From positions 1 to 64,000 of the forward strand of contig JAUCBJ010001029.1 in the NCBI GenBank assembly GCA_032718475.1: a DNA stretch of 64,000 nucleotides, written 5' to 3'. The notes under the pieces were generated by a model. The model ran no database searches. It had not been told where the DNA came from and saw nothing but the letters and a program-made list of their open reading frames with translations. Shown here piece by piece: positions 39,501 through 52,227 of this stretch (position 1 is its first letter; each line of letters begins with the position of its first letter). The DNA is from Nemertoderma westbladi (taxonomy: Eukaryota; Animalia; Xenacoelomorpha). A program made the translations under genes and the position numbers.

Positions 39501-42500
39501 CTATGTAAGTATCCTTACTATGTATCCTTACTCTATGTATGTATCCTTACTATGTATCCTTACTCTATGTAAGTATCCTTACTATGTATCCTTACTATGT
39601 ATCCTTACTATGTATCCTTACTATGTATCCTTACTATGTATCCTTACTATGTATCCTTACCATGTATCCTTACTATGTATCCTTACTCTATGTAAGTATC
39701 CTTACTATGTATCCTTACTATGTATCCTTACTATGTATCCTTACCATGTATCCTTACTATGTATCCTTACTCTATGTAAGTATCCTTACTATGTATCCTT
39801 ACTCTACTGTATCCTTACTATGTATCCTTACTATGTATCCTTACTATGTATCCTTACTATGTATCCTTACTCTACTGTATGTAAGTATCCTTACTATGTA
39901 TCCTTGCTATGTATCCTTATTATGTATCCTTATTATGTATCCTTACTATGTATCCTTACTATGTATCCTTACTATGTATCCTTACTATGTATCCTTATTA
40001 TGTATCCTTACTATGTATCCTTACTATGTATCCTTACTATGTATCCTTACTATGTATCCTTACTATGTATCCTTACTATGTATCCTTACTCTATGTAAGT
40101 ATCCATGTAAGTATCCTTACTATGTATCCTTACTCTACTGTATGTAAGTATCCTTGCTATGTATCCTTGCTATGTATCCTTACTATGTATCCTTACTATG
40201 TATCCTTACTATGTATCCTTACTCTATGTAAGTATCCTTACTATGTATCCTTACTCTATGTAAGTATCCTTACTATGTATCCTTACTCTATGTAAGTATC
40301 CTTACTATGTATCCTTACTCTATGTAAGTATCCTTACTATGTATCCTTACTCTATGTAAGTATCCTTACTATGTATCCTTGCTATGTATCATTACTATGT
40401 ATCCTTACTATGTATCCTTACTATGTATTCTTACTATGTGTCCTTACTCTATGTAAGTATCCTTACTATGTATCCTTACTCTATGTAAGTATCCTTACTA
40501 TGTATCCTTACTCTATGTAAGTATCCTTACTATGTATCCTTACTCTATGTAAGTATCCTTACTATGTATCCTTGCTATGTATCATTACTATGTATCCTTA
40601 CTATGTAGTATGTATCCTTACTATGTATTCTTACTATGTGTCCTTACTCTATGTAAGTATCCTTACTATGTATCCTTACTCTATGTAAGTATCCTTACTA
40701 TGTATCCTTACTATGTATCCTTACTATGTATCCTTACTCTATGTAAGTATCCTTACTATGTATCCTTACTCTATTTAAGTATCCTTACTATGTATCCTTA
40801 CTATGTATCCTTACTCTATGTAAGTATCCTTACTATGTATCCTTATTCTATGTAAGTATCCTTACTATGTATCCTTACTCTATGTAAGTATCCTTACTAT
40901 GTATCCTTACTATGTATCCTTACTCTATGTAAGTATCCTTACTATGTATCCTTACTATGTATCCTTACTATGTATCCTTACTCTATGTAAGTATCCTTAC
41001 TATGTATCCTTACTCTATGTAAGTATCCTTACTATGTATCCTTACTCTATGTAAGTATCCTTACTATGTATCCTTACTCTATGTAAGTATCCTTACTATG
41101 TATCCTTACTCTATGTAAGTATCCTTACTATGTATCCTTACTCTATGTAAGTATCCTTACTATGTATCCTTACTCTATGTAAGTATCCTTACTATGTATC
41201 CTTACTCTATGTATGTATCCTTACTATGTATCCTTACTCTATGTAAGTATCCTTACTATGTATCCTTACTATGTATCCTTACTCTATGTAAGTATCCTTA
41301 CTATGTATCCTTACTCTATGTAAGTATCCTTACTATGTATCCTTACTCTATGTAAGTATCCTTACTATGTATCCTTACTCTATGTAAGTATCCTTACTAT
41401 GTATCCTTACTCTATGTAAGTATCCTTACTATGTATCCTTACTCTATGTAAGTATCCTTACTATGTATCCTTACTATGTATCCTTACTCTATGTAAGTAT
41501 CCTTACTATGTATCCTTACTCTATGTAAGTATCCTTACTATGTATCCTTACTCTATGTAAGTATCCTTACTATGTATCCTTACTATGTATCCTTACTCTA
41601 TGTAAGTATCCTTACTATGTATCCTTATCCTTACTCTATGTAAGTATCCTTACTATGTATCCTTACTCTATGTAAGTATCCTTACTATGTGTCCTTACTC
41701 TATGTAAGTATCCTTACTATGTATCCTTACTCTATGTAAGTATCCTTACTATGTATCCTTACTATGTATCCTTACTATGTATCCTTACTCTATGTAAGTA
41801 TCCTTACTATGTATCCTTACTCTATTTAAGTATCCTTACTATGTATCCTTACTATGTATCCTTACTCTATGTAAGTATCCTTACTATGTATCCTTACTCT
41901 ATGTAAGTATCCTTACTATGTATCCTTCCTTACTCTATGCAAGTATCCTTACTATGTATCCTTACTCTATGTAAGTATCCTTACCATGTATCCTTACTCT
42001 ATGCAAGTATCCTTACTATGTATCCTTGCTATGTATATATCCTTACTATGTATCCTTACTATGTATCCTTGCTATGTATCCTTACTATGTATCCTTTCTA
42101 TGTATCCTTACTATGTATCCTTACTCTATGTAAGTATCCTTACTATGTATCCTTACTCTATGTAAGTATCCTTACTATGTATCCTTACTCTATGTAAGTA
42201 TCCTTACTATGTATCCTTACTCTATGTAAGTATCTTTACTATGTATCCTTACTCTATTTAAGTATCCTTACTATGTATCCTTACTCTATTTAAGTATCCT
42301 TACTATGTATCCTTACTCTATGTAAGTATCCTTACTATGTATCCTTACTCTATGTAAGTATCCTTACTATGTATCCTTACTCTATTTAAGTATCCTTACC
42401 ATGTATCCTTACTATGTATCCTTACTATGTATCCTTACTATGTATCCTTACTCTATTTAAGTATCCTTACTATGTATCCTTACTCTATTTAAGTATCCTT

Positions 42501-45311
42501 ACTATGTATCCTTATTCCTTACTCTATGTAAGTATCCTTACTATGTATCCTTACTATGTATCCTTACTCTATGTAAGTATCCTTACTATGTATCCTTATT
42601 CTATGTAAGTATCCTTACTATGTATCCTTACTATGTATCCTTACTCTATGTAAGTATCCTTACTATGTATCCTTACTATGTATCCTTACTCTATGTAAGT
42701 ATCCTTACTCTATGTAAGTATCCTTACTATGTATCCTTACTATGTATCCTTACTATGTATCCTTACTATGTATCCTTACTCTATGTAAGTATCCTTACTA
42801 TGTATCCTTACTCTATGTATGTTTCCTTACTATGTATCCTTACTCTATGTAAGTATCCTTACTATGTATCCTTACTATGTATCCTTACTCTATGTAAGTA
42901 TCCTTACTATGTATCCTTACTCTATGTAAGTATCCTTACTATGTATCCTTACTCTATGTAAGTATCCTTACTATGTATCCTTACTATGTATCCTTACTAT
43001 GTATCCTTACTATGTATCCTTACTATGTATCCTTACTATGTATCCTTACTATGTATCCTTACCATGTATCCTTACTATGTATCCTTACTCTATGTAAGTA
43101 TCCTTACTATGTATCCTTACTCTACTGTATGTAAGTATCCTTACTATGTATCCTTACTCTATGTATGTATCCTTACTATGTATCCTTACTCTATGTAAGT
43201 ATCCTTACTATGTATCCTTACTATGTATCCTTACTATGTATCCTTACTATGTATCCTTACCATGTATCCTTACTATGTATCCTTACTCTATGTAAGTATC
43301 CTTACTATGTATCCTTACTCTACTGTATGTAAGTATCCTTACTATGTATCCTTACTCTATGTAAGTATCCTTACTATGTATCCTTACTCTATGTAAGTAT
43401 CCTTACTATGTATCCTTACTCTATGTAAGTATCCTTACTATGTATCCTTACTATGTATCCTTACTATGTATCCTTACCATGTATCCTTACTATGTATCCT
43501 TACTCTATGTAAGTATCCTTACTATGTATCCTTACTCTACTGTATGTAAGTATCCTTACTATGTATCCTTACTCTACTGTATGTAAGTATCCTTACTATG
43601 TATCCTTACTATGTATCCTTACTCTACTGTATGTAAGTATCCTTACTATGTATCCTTACTATGTATCCTTACTATGTATCCTTACTATGTATCCTTACTC
43701 TATGTAAGTATCCATGTAAGTATCCTTACTATGTATCCTTACTCTACTGTATGTAAGTATCCTTGCTATGTATCCTTGCTATGTATCCTTACTATGTATC
43801 CTTACTATGTATCCTTACTATGTATCCTTACTCTATGTAAGTATCCTTACTATGTATCCTTACTCTATGTAAGTATCCTTACTATGTATCCTTACTCTAT
43901 GTAAGTATCCTTACTATGTATCCTTACTCTATGTAAGTATCCTTACTATGTATCCTTGCTATGTATGTATCATTACTATGTATCCTTACTATGTATCCTT
44001 ACTATGTATCCTTACTATGTATTCTTACTATGTGTCCTTACTCTATGTAAGTATCCTTACTATGTATCCTTACTCTATGTAAGTATCCTTACTATGTATC
44101 CTTACTCTATTTAAGTATCCTTACTATGTATCCTTACTATGTATCCTTACTATGTATCCTTACTATGTATCCTTATTCCTTACTCTATGTAAGTATCCTT
44201 ACTATGTATCCTTACTATGTATCCTTACTCTATGTAAGTATCCTTACTATGTATCCTTACTCTATGTAAGTATCCTTACTATGTATCCTTACTCTATGTA
44301 AGTATCCTTACTATGTATCCTTGCTATGTATGTATCATTACTATGTATCCTTACTATGTATCCTTACTATGTATCCTTACTATGTATTCTTACTATGTGT
44401 CCTTACTCTATGTAAGTATCCTTACTATGTATCCTTACTCTATGTAAGTATTCTTACTATGTATCCTTACTCTATTTAAGTATCCTTACTATGTATCCTT
44501 ACTATGTATCCTTACTATATATCCTTATTCCTTACTCTATGTAAGTATCCTTACTATGTATCCTTACTATGTATCCTTACTCTATGTAAGTATCCTTACT
44601 ATGTTTCCTTATTCTATGTAAGTATCCTTACTATGTATCCTTACTCTATGTAAGTATCCTTACTATGTATCCTTACTCTATGTAAGTATCCTTACTATGT
44701 ATCCTTACTCTATGTAAGTATCCTTACTATGTATCCTTACTCTATGTAAGTATCCTTACTATGTATCCTTACTATGTATCCTTACTCTATGTAAGTATCC
44801 TTACTATGTATCCTTACTCTATGTAAGTACCCTTACTATGTATCCTTACTCTATGTAAGTATCCTTACTATGTATCCTTGCTATGTATCCTTACTATGTA
44901 TCCTTACTATTTATCCTTACTATGTATCCTTACTATGTATCCTTACTATGTATCCTTACTCTATGCAAGTATCCTTACTCTATGCAAGTATCCTTACTAT
45001 GTATCCTTACTCTATGTAAGTATCCTTACTATGTATCCTTACTCTATGTAAGTATCCTTACTATGTATCCTTGCTATGCATCCTTACTATGTATCCTTAC
45101 TATGTATCCTTGCTATGTATCCTTACTATGTATCCTTACTATGTATCCTTACTATGTATCCTTACTATGTATCCTTACTCTATGTAAGTATCCTTACTAT
45201 GTATCCTTACTCTATGTATGTATCCTTACTATGTATCCTTACTCTATGTAAGTATCCTTACTATGTATCCTTACTCTATGTAAGTATCCTTACTATGTAT
45301 CCTTACTCTAT
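30527..45311. repeat. Satellite of 13-bp TATCCTTACTATG and 19-bp TATCCTTACTCTATGTAAG units, with kb-scale higher-order duplications
   Basis: Direct reading; rare variants recur at offsets of 778, ~2190 and 7000 bp. Confidence 0.98.
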
Positions 45312-45869
45312 TGTGACGGGATCTACGGATCCCGGTTTATCCGTTTGGGTTTTCTGCCCACGCGTCCCCGCCGTGTGTGAAAGGTAAAAGAGTTCTGATG
45401 TCCGGTTATATGTATAAGGTATAATAATCTGATATATATGTAATATAGTATGACACAACAGGTACCGGTAATATAGGTATGATGGCGGTAGCGGACGGTG
45501 ACAGAAGTCCCCGTTCCACCCTACTGATCCGACTGAGTAAACTGAATAACTGACCGGTATGATTACTGGTAACTGGTTATATTGCACGGTGGCCTTATTG
45601 CTACTCAATCGATGCCTTTCCCCCCTCTGATTGGTTAATACCCCTGTTGGCACCCTTTGCCCCCCTCTGAAGTGCTTCCCTTCGCCCTTGCTGTTCTCTC
45701 TCTTGTCAGGGGAGTAACCCCTGACCCTTATTGTGTGTGTCTCCTTTGGGGCCTATTGTCCCCGTTTACTGGGCTGACACGAGGTTGATTGGTAATCAAC
45801 CTCGTGCTCCCAATATTGCTTTATGGCTCACTCTATGGGTTTGGGTTAGCGGAATTGGATAAGCTAACA
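45312..45869 (-). repeat. Inferred 3' LTR (558 bp, TG...CA)
   Basis: Bounded by the PPT and the satellite junction; the second copy is absent, so the extent is inferred. Confidence 0.65.
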
Positions 45870-47568
45870 CTCCCCCCCATGCTATCTTCCCGGTGAGAAG
45901 ATAGCATCCAACTCAAGTGCGCTACAATTCCGCTGGATCCCGATCTAGCATCGGGTGTGGGGTGGGTATATTTTTTCGGAGTCGGCTTTCCAGGCCGCTC
46001 CCTATGGGTATGATGTCACTACCCTCTGGCGTCTCGTGTCGGGCCGATCGTGCGCTTCTCTCACACAATTTTTGTTTCCCCAACACTCTCACCACTCTAC
46101 TCCAACTCTCTAACTCAACTCGCTCTCTCCCCACTCTTACACTCTCCCCACACCTGAATCGCACTCTAACTTCTCGCCAACAGCTCTTCTCACTATCTCC
46201 TTTCTACTCTCTGCCACTCCCTAAGGCCCTAATCTCTAATGCTACCCCTGTGCTATCATACTATCTACCTACTGCTTACTAACTCTAACTATCTAACTAA
46301 CTCTGCTAACTACTAACTCTTACTACTCCTAGCTCTAACTGAGAGCCTCTAACTTTCTACTGACTCTAACTCTCTACTAAGTCTAACTAACTCCTACTAG
46401 CTCTCTACTTCTACTAACTCTACTTGACTCCTCTGAGTCTACCAACTCTGCTAACTAGCTCTACTAACTCTACTCCACTAGCTCTGTTAACTCTACTCCA
46501 CTAGCTCTGCTAACTCTACTAACTAGCTCTACCAACTCTACTCCACTCTTCTAACTACGTGGCGCTTGCGGTGCCCACAACCACTCTACTATATGGCACC
46601 CTATGTGCCCTCTCTGCTCTACTCTACTACCTGGCACCCTATGTGCCCTCTCTACTACACTACTACCTCTCTAACTCTACTACCTGGCACCCTATGTGCC
46701 CTCTCTACTACACTACTACCTCTCTAACTCTACTACCTGGCACCCTATGTGCCCGTCTCTACTATTCTACTCTATCTCTAACTCTACTACTTGGCACCCT
46801 ATGTGCCCTCCCTACTACTCTACTCTATCTCTAACTTACTACCTGGCACCCTATGTGCCCGTCTCTACTCTTCTACATCCCCTTTACGTCTCATCGCCTA
46901 CACGTGACGCTCTGAGTGCCGGCAGAGTGGGTACGTTAATTATGTGAACTACTACTGACTCTACTAACTCTACTAACTCTCTTCTAACTCTACTAACTCT
47001 TTTTTGTGCCCGGCACCTCTTGTGCACGGCACCTTCTAACTCTACTAACTCTCTACGTGGCGCTAACGGTGCCCACAACCACAACCGGTACTACGTACCC
47101 TCTTACTAACTCTACCTCTATCTACGTGGCGCTAACGGTGCCCACAACCACAACCGGTACTACTACGTACCCTCTTACTAACCTCTAACTCCCACTAACT
47201 CTAATTAACATACCCTGCTCTTACATCACACACATCATCACGCCCGTGCCCCACTAAGTTCAGCGCATTCCCTACTAACTCTAACTACGTGGCGCTTACG
47301 GTGCCCACAACCCTCTACTGCTACTACTTTCTATGTGGCGCTTACGGTGCCCACAACCATTCTACTACTAACTCTACTCTGCTAACTCTCTACTAACGGT
47401 ACTACGTACCCTCTAACTCTTACTCTAACTAGCGGTACTACGTACCCTCTCACTACTCCAACTCCACTAATTGACGGTACTACGTACCCTTTAACTAACT
47501 AACTAACTAACTAACTCTTACTACCTAACTTCTACCTACTCTATTATTTAATTATTTTCTTATTCTAA

Positions 47569-48736
47569 TTAAATAATTATTTTATATTTTGTGCGTGGGA
47601 AGGGCGTCTCGCCCTCATTCCCACCCCCCTCAGTCCAAAACTTTGGACGACTAAAAACTCTCACGTGCCCCTTCTTCCGGTAGGCACTCTCCTGCTGCCC
47701 TCCTATACGTCCTCTAACTCTTCGCCACACTCTCTTCGGTGCTACCTTTGCTGGCCTCCCCCTTCGTATGTGCGCTGGCATTAAGGCCCTCGACGACCCC
47801 CGCTCGTCCCTCGGTATACGCGGTGTCTGCCCGTGCAATGCCCCCTCGCACTGTGTCAGCCGTGCGTGTGTATGCAACACGCCTCCTTCTACTTTCCCGA
47901 CTCCCTTATGTTTGCTAATGGGCTTCTCTGCCCCTGGTTTAGTCCTTTCATATCCTTTCCCTTTCCAACACTCTCCGGATCTGTGTCCTTTTACCACACA
48001 TCGATGACATAGTCCGTTTGCGTCTGTGTAGGCTACACGATCTCGTTTGGGCAACGCTTGCCAGTACTTGCAACTCCTGGTCTTATGGGTTCCGTCCCGA
48101 TGTAATTGACATTGGAATCCTGGGTTATAGCGTTTCCTGTATAGTCCTTCACGTATCGCGCTTAGGTTTATATGTACCGATTTAATGTTTTGGTTGTCTA
48201 GACTCGGCCTACTGGGTATATTGGGATTGTTTTTATTTACGGTGTTATTTTCTTTCTGTCCCTGCCACGGTGTGGCCCTGCTACCAGCTAATTGTGGACT
48301 AGCAGTCCCCTGTACGGCCGCGTGTGGTATTGACTGTCCGCACGACCTGCTCTCGTCCAGGGAGTTCGATGTTCTTGCTCCTATCGGGGTACATTGTCGA
48401 TATTGTGATGGGGGAATGTCACCCTGTCCCCTCCCAGCCGGTATGTTTGGTACTGGGGTTGATGTTAATATATTGGGGCCCATACGTCTATCTCCAATAA
48501 CTCCCCCCTCCCCTGGATATATGTTATGTCCCTGTGTATTATTATAGTCATGCTGCTGTACCGATATAGGCCTACCTACCTCTCGCCTACCTACCGGTAT
48601 GTACTCCGCGACTTCCGGGTTTAATTCCGTCGTTCGCGCTACCCCATCGCCTACTCTATCTCTCCCAGCATGGCCTATAATAGTATGTGCAGTAAGGCCT
48701 ACAGTATGTCCTTCAGTCTGCATGTGCCCTTCCGAA
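47569..48736 (-). CDS. Gag-like ORF, N-terminally truncated, with two zinc knuckles and a basic tail
   Basis: CQLHRDGTHKTRSC...LCHRCVVKGHRSGEC in BEL-type spacing; frame is open up to the satellite junction. Confidence 0.65.
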
Positions 48737-50408
48737 CCTTATCCTTAGTATCCTTACTATGTATCCTTACTCTATGTAAGTATCCTTACTATGTATCCTT
48801 ACTCTATTTAAGTATCCTTACTATGTATCCTTACTCTATTTAAGTATCCTTACTATGTATCCTTATTCCTTACTCTATGTAAGTATCCTTACTATGTATC
48901 CTTACTATGTATCCTTACTCTATGTAAGTATCCTTACTATGTATCCTTATTCTATGTAAGTATCCTTACTATGTATACTTACTATGTATCCTTCCTCTAT
49001 GTAAGTATCCTTACTATGTATCCTTACTATGTATCCTTACTTTATGTAAGTATCCTTACTCTATGTAAGTATCCTTACTATGTATCCTTACTATGTATCC
49101 TTACTATGTATCCTTACTATGTATCCTTACTATGTATCCTTACTCTATGTAAGTATCCTTACTATGTATCCTTACTCTATGTAAGTATCTTTACTATGTA
49201 TCCTTACTCTGTGTAAGTATCCTTACTATGTATCCTTACTCTATGTAAGTATCTTTACTATGTATCCTTACTCTGTGTAAGTATCCTTACTATGTATCCT
49301 TGCTATGTATCCTTACTATGTATCCTTACTATGTATCCTTACTATGTATCCTTACTATGTATCCTTACTCTATGTAAGTATCCTTACTATGTATCCTTAC
49401 TATGTATCCTTACTATGTATCCTTACTCTATTTAAGTATCCTTACTATGTATCCTTACTCTATGTAAGTATCCTTACTATGTATCCTTACTCTATGTAAG
49501 TATCCTTACTATGTATCCTTACTATGTATCCTTACTCTATGTAAGTATCCTTACTATGTACCCTTACTCTATGTAAGTATCCTTACTATGTATCCTTACT
49601 CTATGTAAGTATCCTTACTATGTATCCTTACTATGTATCCTTACTATGTATCCTTACTATGTATCCTTACTATGTATCCTTACTATGTATCCTTACTCTA
49701 TGTAAGTATCCTTACTATGTATCCTTACTCTATGTAAGTATCCTTACTATGTATCCTTACTCTATTTAAGTATCCTTACTCTATGTGTATCCTTACTATG
49801 TATCCTTACTCTATGTAAGTATCCTTACTATGTATCCTTACTCTATGTAAGTATCCTTACTATGTATCCTTACTATGTATCCTTACTCTATGTAAGTATC
49901 CTTACTATGTATCCTTACTATGTATCCTTACTATGTATCCTTACTCTATGTAAGTATCCTTACTATGTATCCTTACTCTATGTAAGTATCCTTACTATGT
50001 ATCCTTACACTGTAAGTATCCTTACTATGTATTCTTACTATGTATCCTTACTATGTATCCTTACTATGTATCCTTACTATGTATCCTTACTATGTATCCT
50101 TACTATGTATCCTTACTCTATGTAAGTATCCTTACTATGTATCCTTACTCTATGTAAGTATCCTTACTATGTATCCTTACTCTATGTAAGTATCCTTACT
50201 ATGTATCCTTACTCTATGTAAGTATCCTTACTATGTATCCTTACTCTATGTAAGTATCCTTACTATGTATTCTTACTATGTGTCCTTACTCTATGTAAGT
50301 ATCCTTACTATGTATCCTTACTCTATGTAAGTATCCTTACTATGTATCCTTACTCTATGTAAGTATCCTTACTATGTATCCTTACTCTATGTAAGTATCC
50401 TTACTATG
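48737..50408. repeat. Continuation of the 13/19-bp satellite
   Basis: Same units. Confidence 0.97.
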
Positions 50409-52015
50409 TGTTCGCGGTATTTCAACTTTCCATAACACGAGTTGAATATTTTTGTATTTATTTAAAATTGATTATTCCGATATTACTACTGGGTGCGGGA
50501 TCATGGGTTTTGGGCACGTTCAATAAACTGGGGGCGATTTATGGGCGAACTTTGGGGCAACTTACAGGGTACGGGAATAATTTCATAGTTATAAGGGCCA
50601 GGGGGGATGGAAAATGCAAGCAGTATTCAGGTTAGCCTGAGTACTATTAGGCCCTGGCCAACTTCCTGCTGCCTGTAGGGGTGGATTTGGTAATGCGCCA
50701 GGCCTAAAGGACAAGGACTGCCCTTAGCGGTCCCTGGCCAACGGCAGCTACTACGAGACTGAAAAGAACTCGGAACGCTGACTGCTTGTGTCAGGGATTT
50801 GCGACGGGCACCGACGGCCCCTTAGTAGCCAAGCCGTTCTGGTTCTCGATGATCGAACCCCGGGGTTCGTGAGGGGTGGAGCGGACACGCGAACAGGTGG
50901 CCAACTAACGACTGCCCCCTGACCTAAGCCGTACTGGTTCTCGATGACCGATCCCTTCGGGGTTCGTGAGGGGTGGGACGGACATGCGAAAGGGCTGGCC
51001 ACAGGACTGGTTTGACAAGGACTGCCCTTAGCGGTCTCGGGTCAACGGCAGCTACTACGAGCCTGAAAAGAACTCGGAACGCTGACTGCTTGACTGGGAT
51101 TTGCGACGGGAACCGACGACAGACCCCTTAGCCAAGCCGTTCTGGTTCTCGATGATCGTTCCCTTCGGGGTTCGTGAGGGGTGGAACGGACACGCGATGG
51201 GGTCGAAAGACAAAGGACTAGACTCGACTAGACTCTACTGGCCTACCGACTGTTCGGAGCAGTTTCTCGGCTGCCGAAGCGACTACGAGCCTGAAACGGA
51301 CTCGGAAAGCCTAGGTGGTTGGGTTTCTGTGATGAACTGACGGACCCCTAGCCAAGCCGTTCTGGTTCTCGATGATCGAACCCTTCGGGGTTCGTGAGGG
51401 GTGGAACGGACACGCGAACGGGTCCACCGACACGACAGACTCCTAGCCAAGCCGTACTGGTTCTCGATGACCGAACCCTTCGGGGTTCGAGAGGGGTGGT
51501 ACGGATACGCGACAGAGTCTACCGACTGGACCGACCCTTAGCCAAGCCGTGCTGGTTCTCGATGATCGTTCCCTTCGGGGTTCGTGAGGGGTGGAACGGA
51601 CACGCGACAGGGTCGACCGACACCGACACTACGGCACTAGGACTAGGACCGAGGGAAAATCTGGGGAACATTAGGTAGGCTAAAATTCTGAGCGAACAGC
51701 GGGTTATTAAATAATATACCGTAGGGATTTATATTATCGTGTATACTTATTGTGAATATTTGGTGTATATTGATTTGGGGAAGCCCAAAATTATTCTTAA
51801 TCAAGGTTCAATATTGTTGAACAAGGTTCAACAGAGTTCAGTTACATTAAAGAGTATATCCAACTAATGCAGCTTTTCTCAACCGCAAACTTGCATCTTA
51901 GAAAATATTCCCTCCCCACAATCAATATCCGGTGACTGGCCGGGGCTCGGTGGTCTGTTAAGTCACGTCTCCAGCATCGGCGTTTTTCCCCCCTGGTGTA
52001 GGAATAACGGCAACA
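50409..52015 (+). repeat. 5' LTR (~1.6 kb; right end inferred)
   Basis: 50409-51443 matches 62966-64000 with two substitutions noticed; imperfect terminal inverted repeat TGTTCGCGGTATT / AATAACGGCAACA. Confidence 0.8.
50834..51599 (+). ncRNA. Six kink-turn hairpins (mostly cUUCGg-capped) at 50834, 50929, 51137, 51357, 51452 and 51547
   Basis: CTC-GAT-GA(T/C)-CG..CCC-TTCG-GGG..CG-(T/A)GA-GGG with covarying flanking helices. Confidence 0.7.
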
Positions 52016-52227
52016 AAATTAAGAATAATTATCGTGGTCAACTTCAACTGGTGGAAGTTGAGAATCCTTCAATACTCTTCAAAAACTCTCTACGTGCTTG
52101 CCAGCACCCACTACGAGGAAACTCTGGTATTTGAGTTGAGACAAAGTCGTGGTTTAATTAATCAGCAAACTCGATCTAACCAACTCGTAGTCGGCAGATC
52201 ACATATTTGGAGAGTTGTTAACAGGGA

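Larger units (their letters stand above)
45312..48736 (-). mobile_element. 5'-truncated non-autonomous BEL/Pao-like LTR element: gag-like ORF, hairpin-array spacer, PPT, 3' LTR
   Basis: Minus-strand PPT GGGGGGGAG (45878-45870) directly precedes TGTTAGC...GTCACA (45869-45312); no pol; the 5' part is replaced by satellite. Confidence 0.7.

Noticed and set aside
31167-50125. Dozens of MYPYYVSLLCILT ORFs
   Set aside because: Translations of the 13-bp satellite.
50646-50682. Resemblance to flavivirus xrRNA (TAGGCC...GCCA...TGCTGCCTGT with possible pseudoknot)
   Set aside because: P2/P3 would be only 1-2 bp, and a stronger alternative pairing exists (TTAGGCC-TGGC with GCCA-GGCCTAA at ~50696-50706); an Xrn1 assay would be needed.
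50709-50792. Duplicated LTR module as a twister, twister-sister, pistol or hammerhead ribozyme
   Set aside because: Only short superficial matches; the required catalytic cores (e.g. CUGANGA) are absent.
50834-51599. LTR repeats as CRISPR-like repeats or true snoRNAs
   Set aside because: Spacers are short and related to each other; no guide or terminal C/D architecture, only the K-turn motif.
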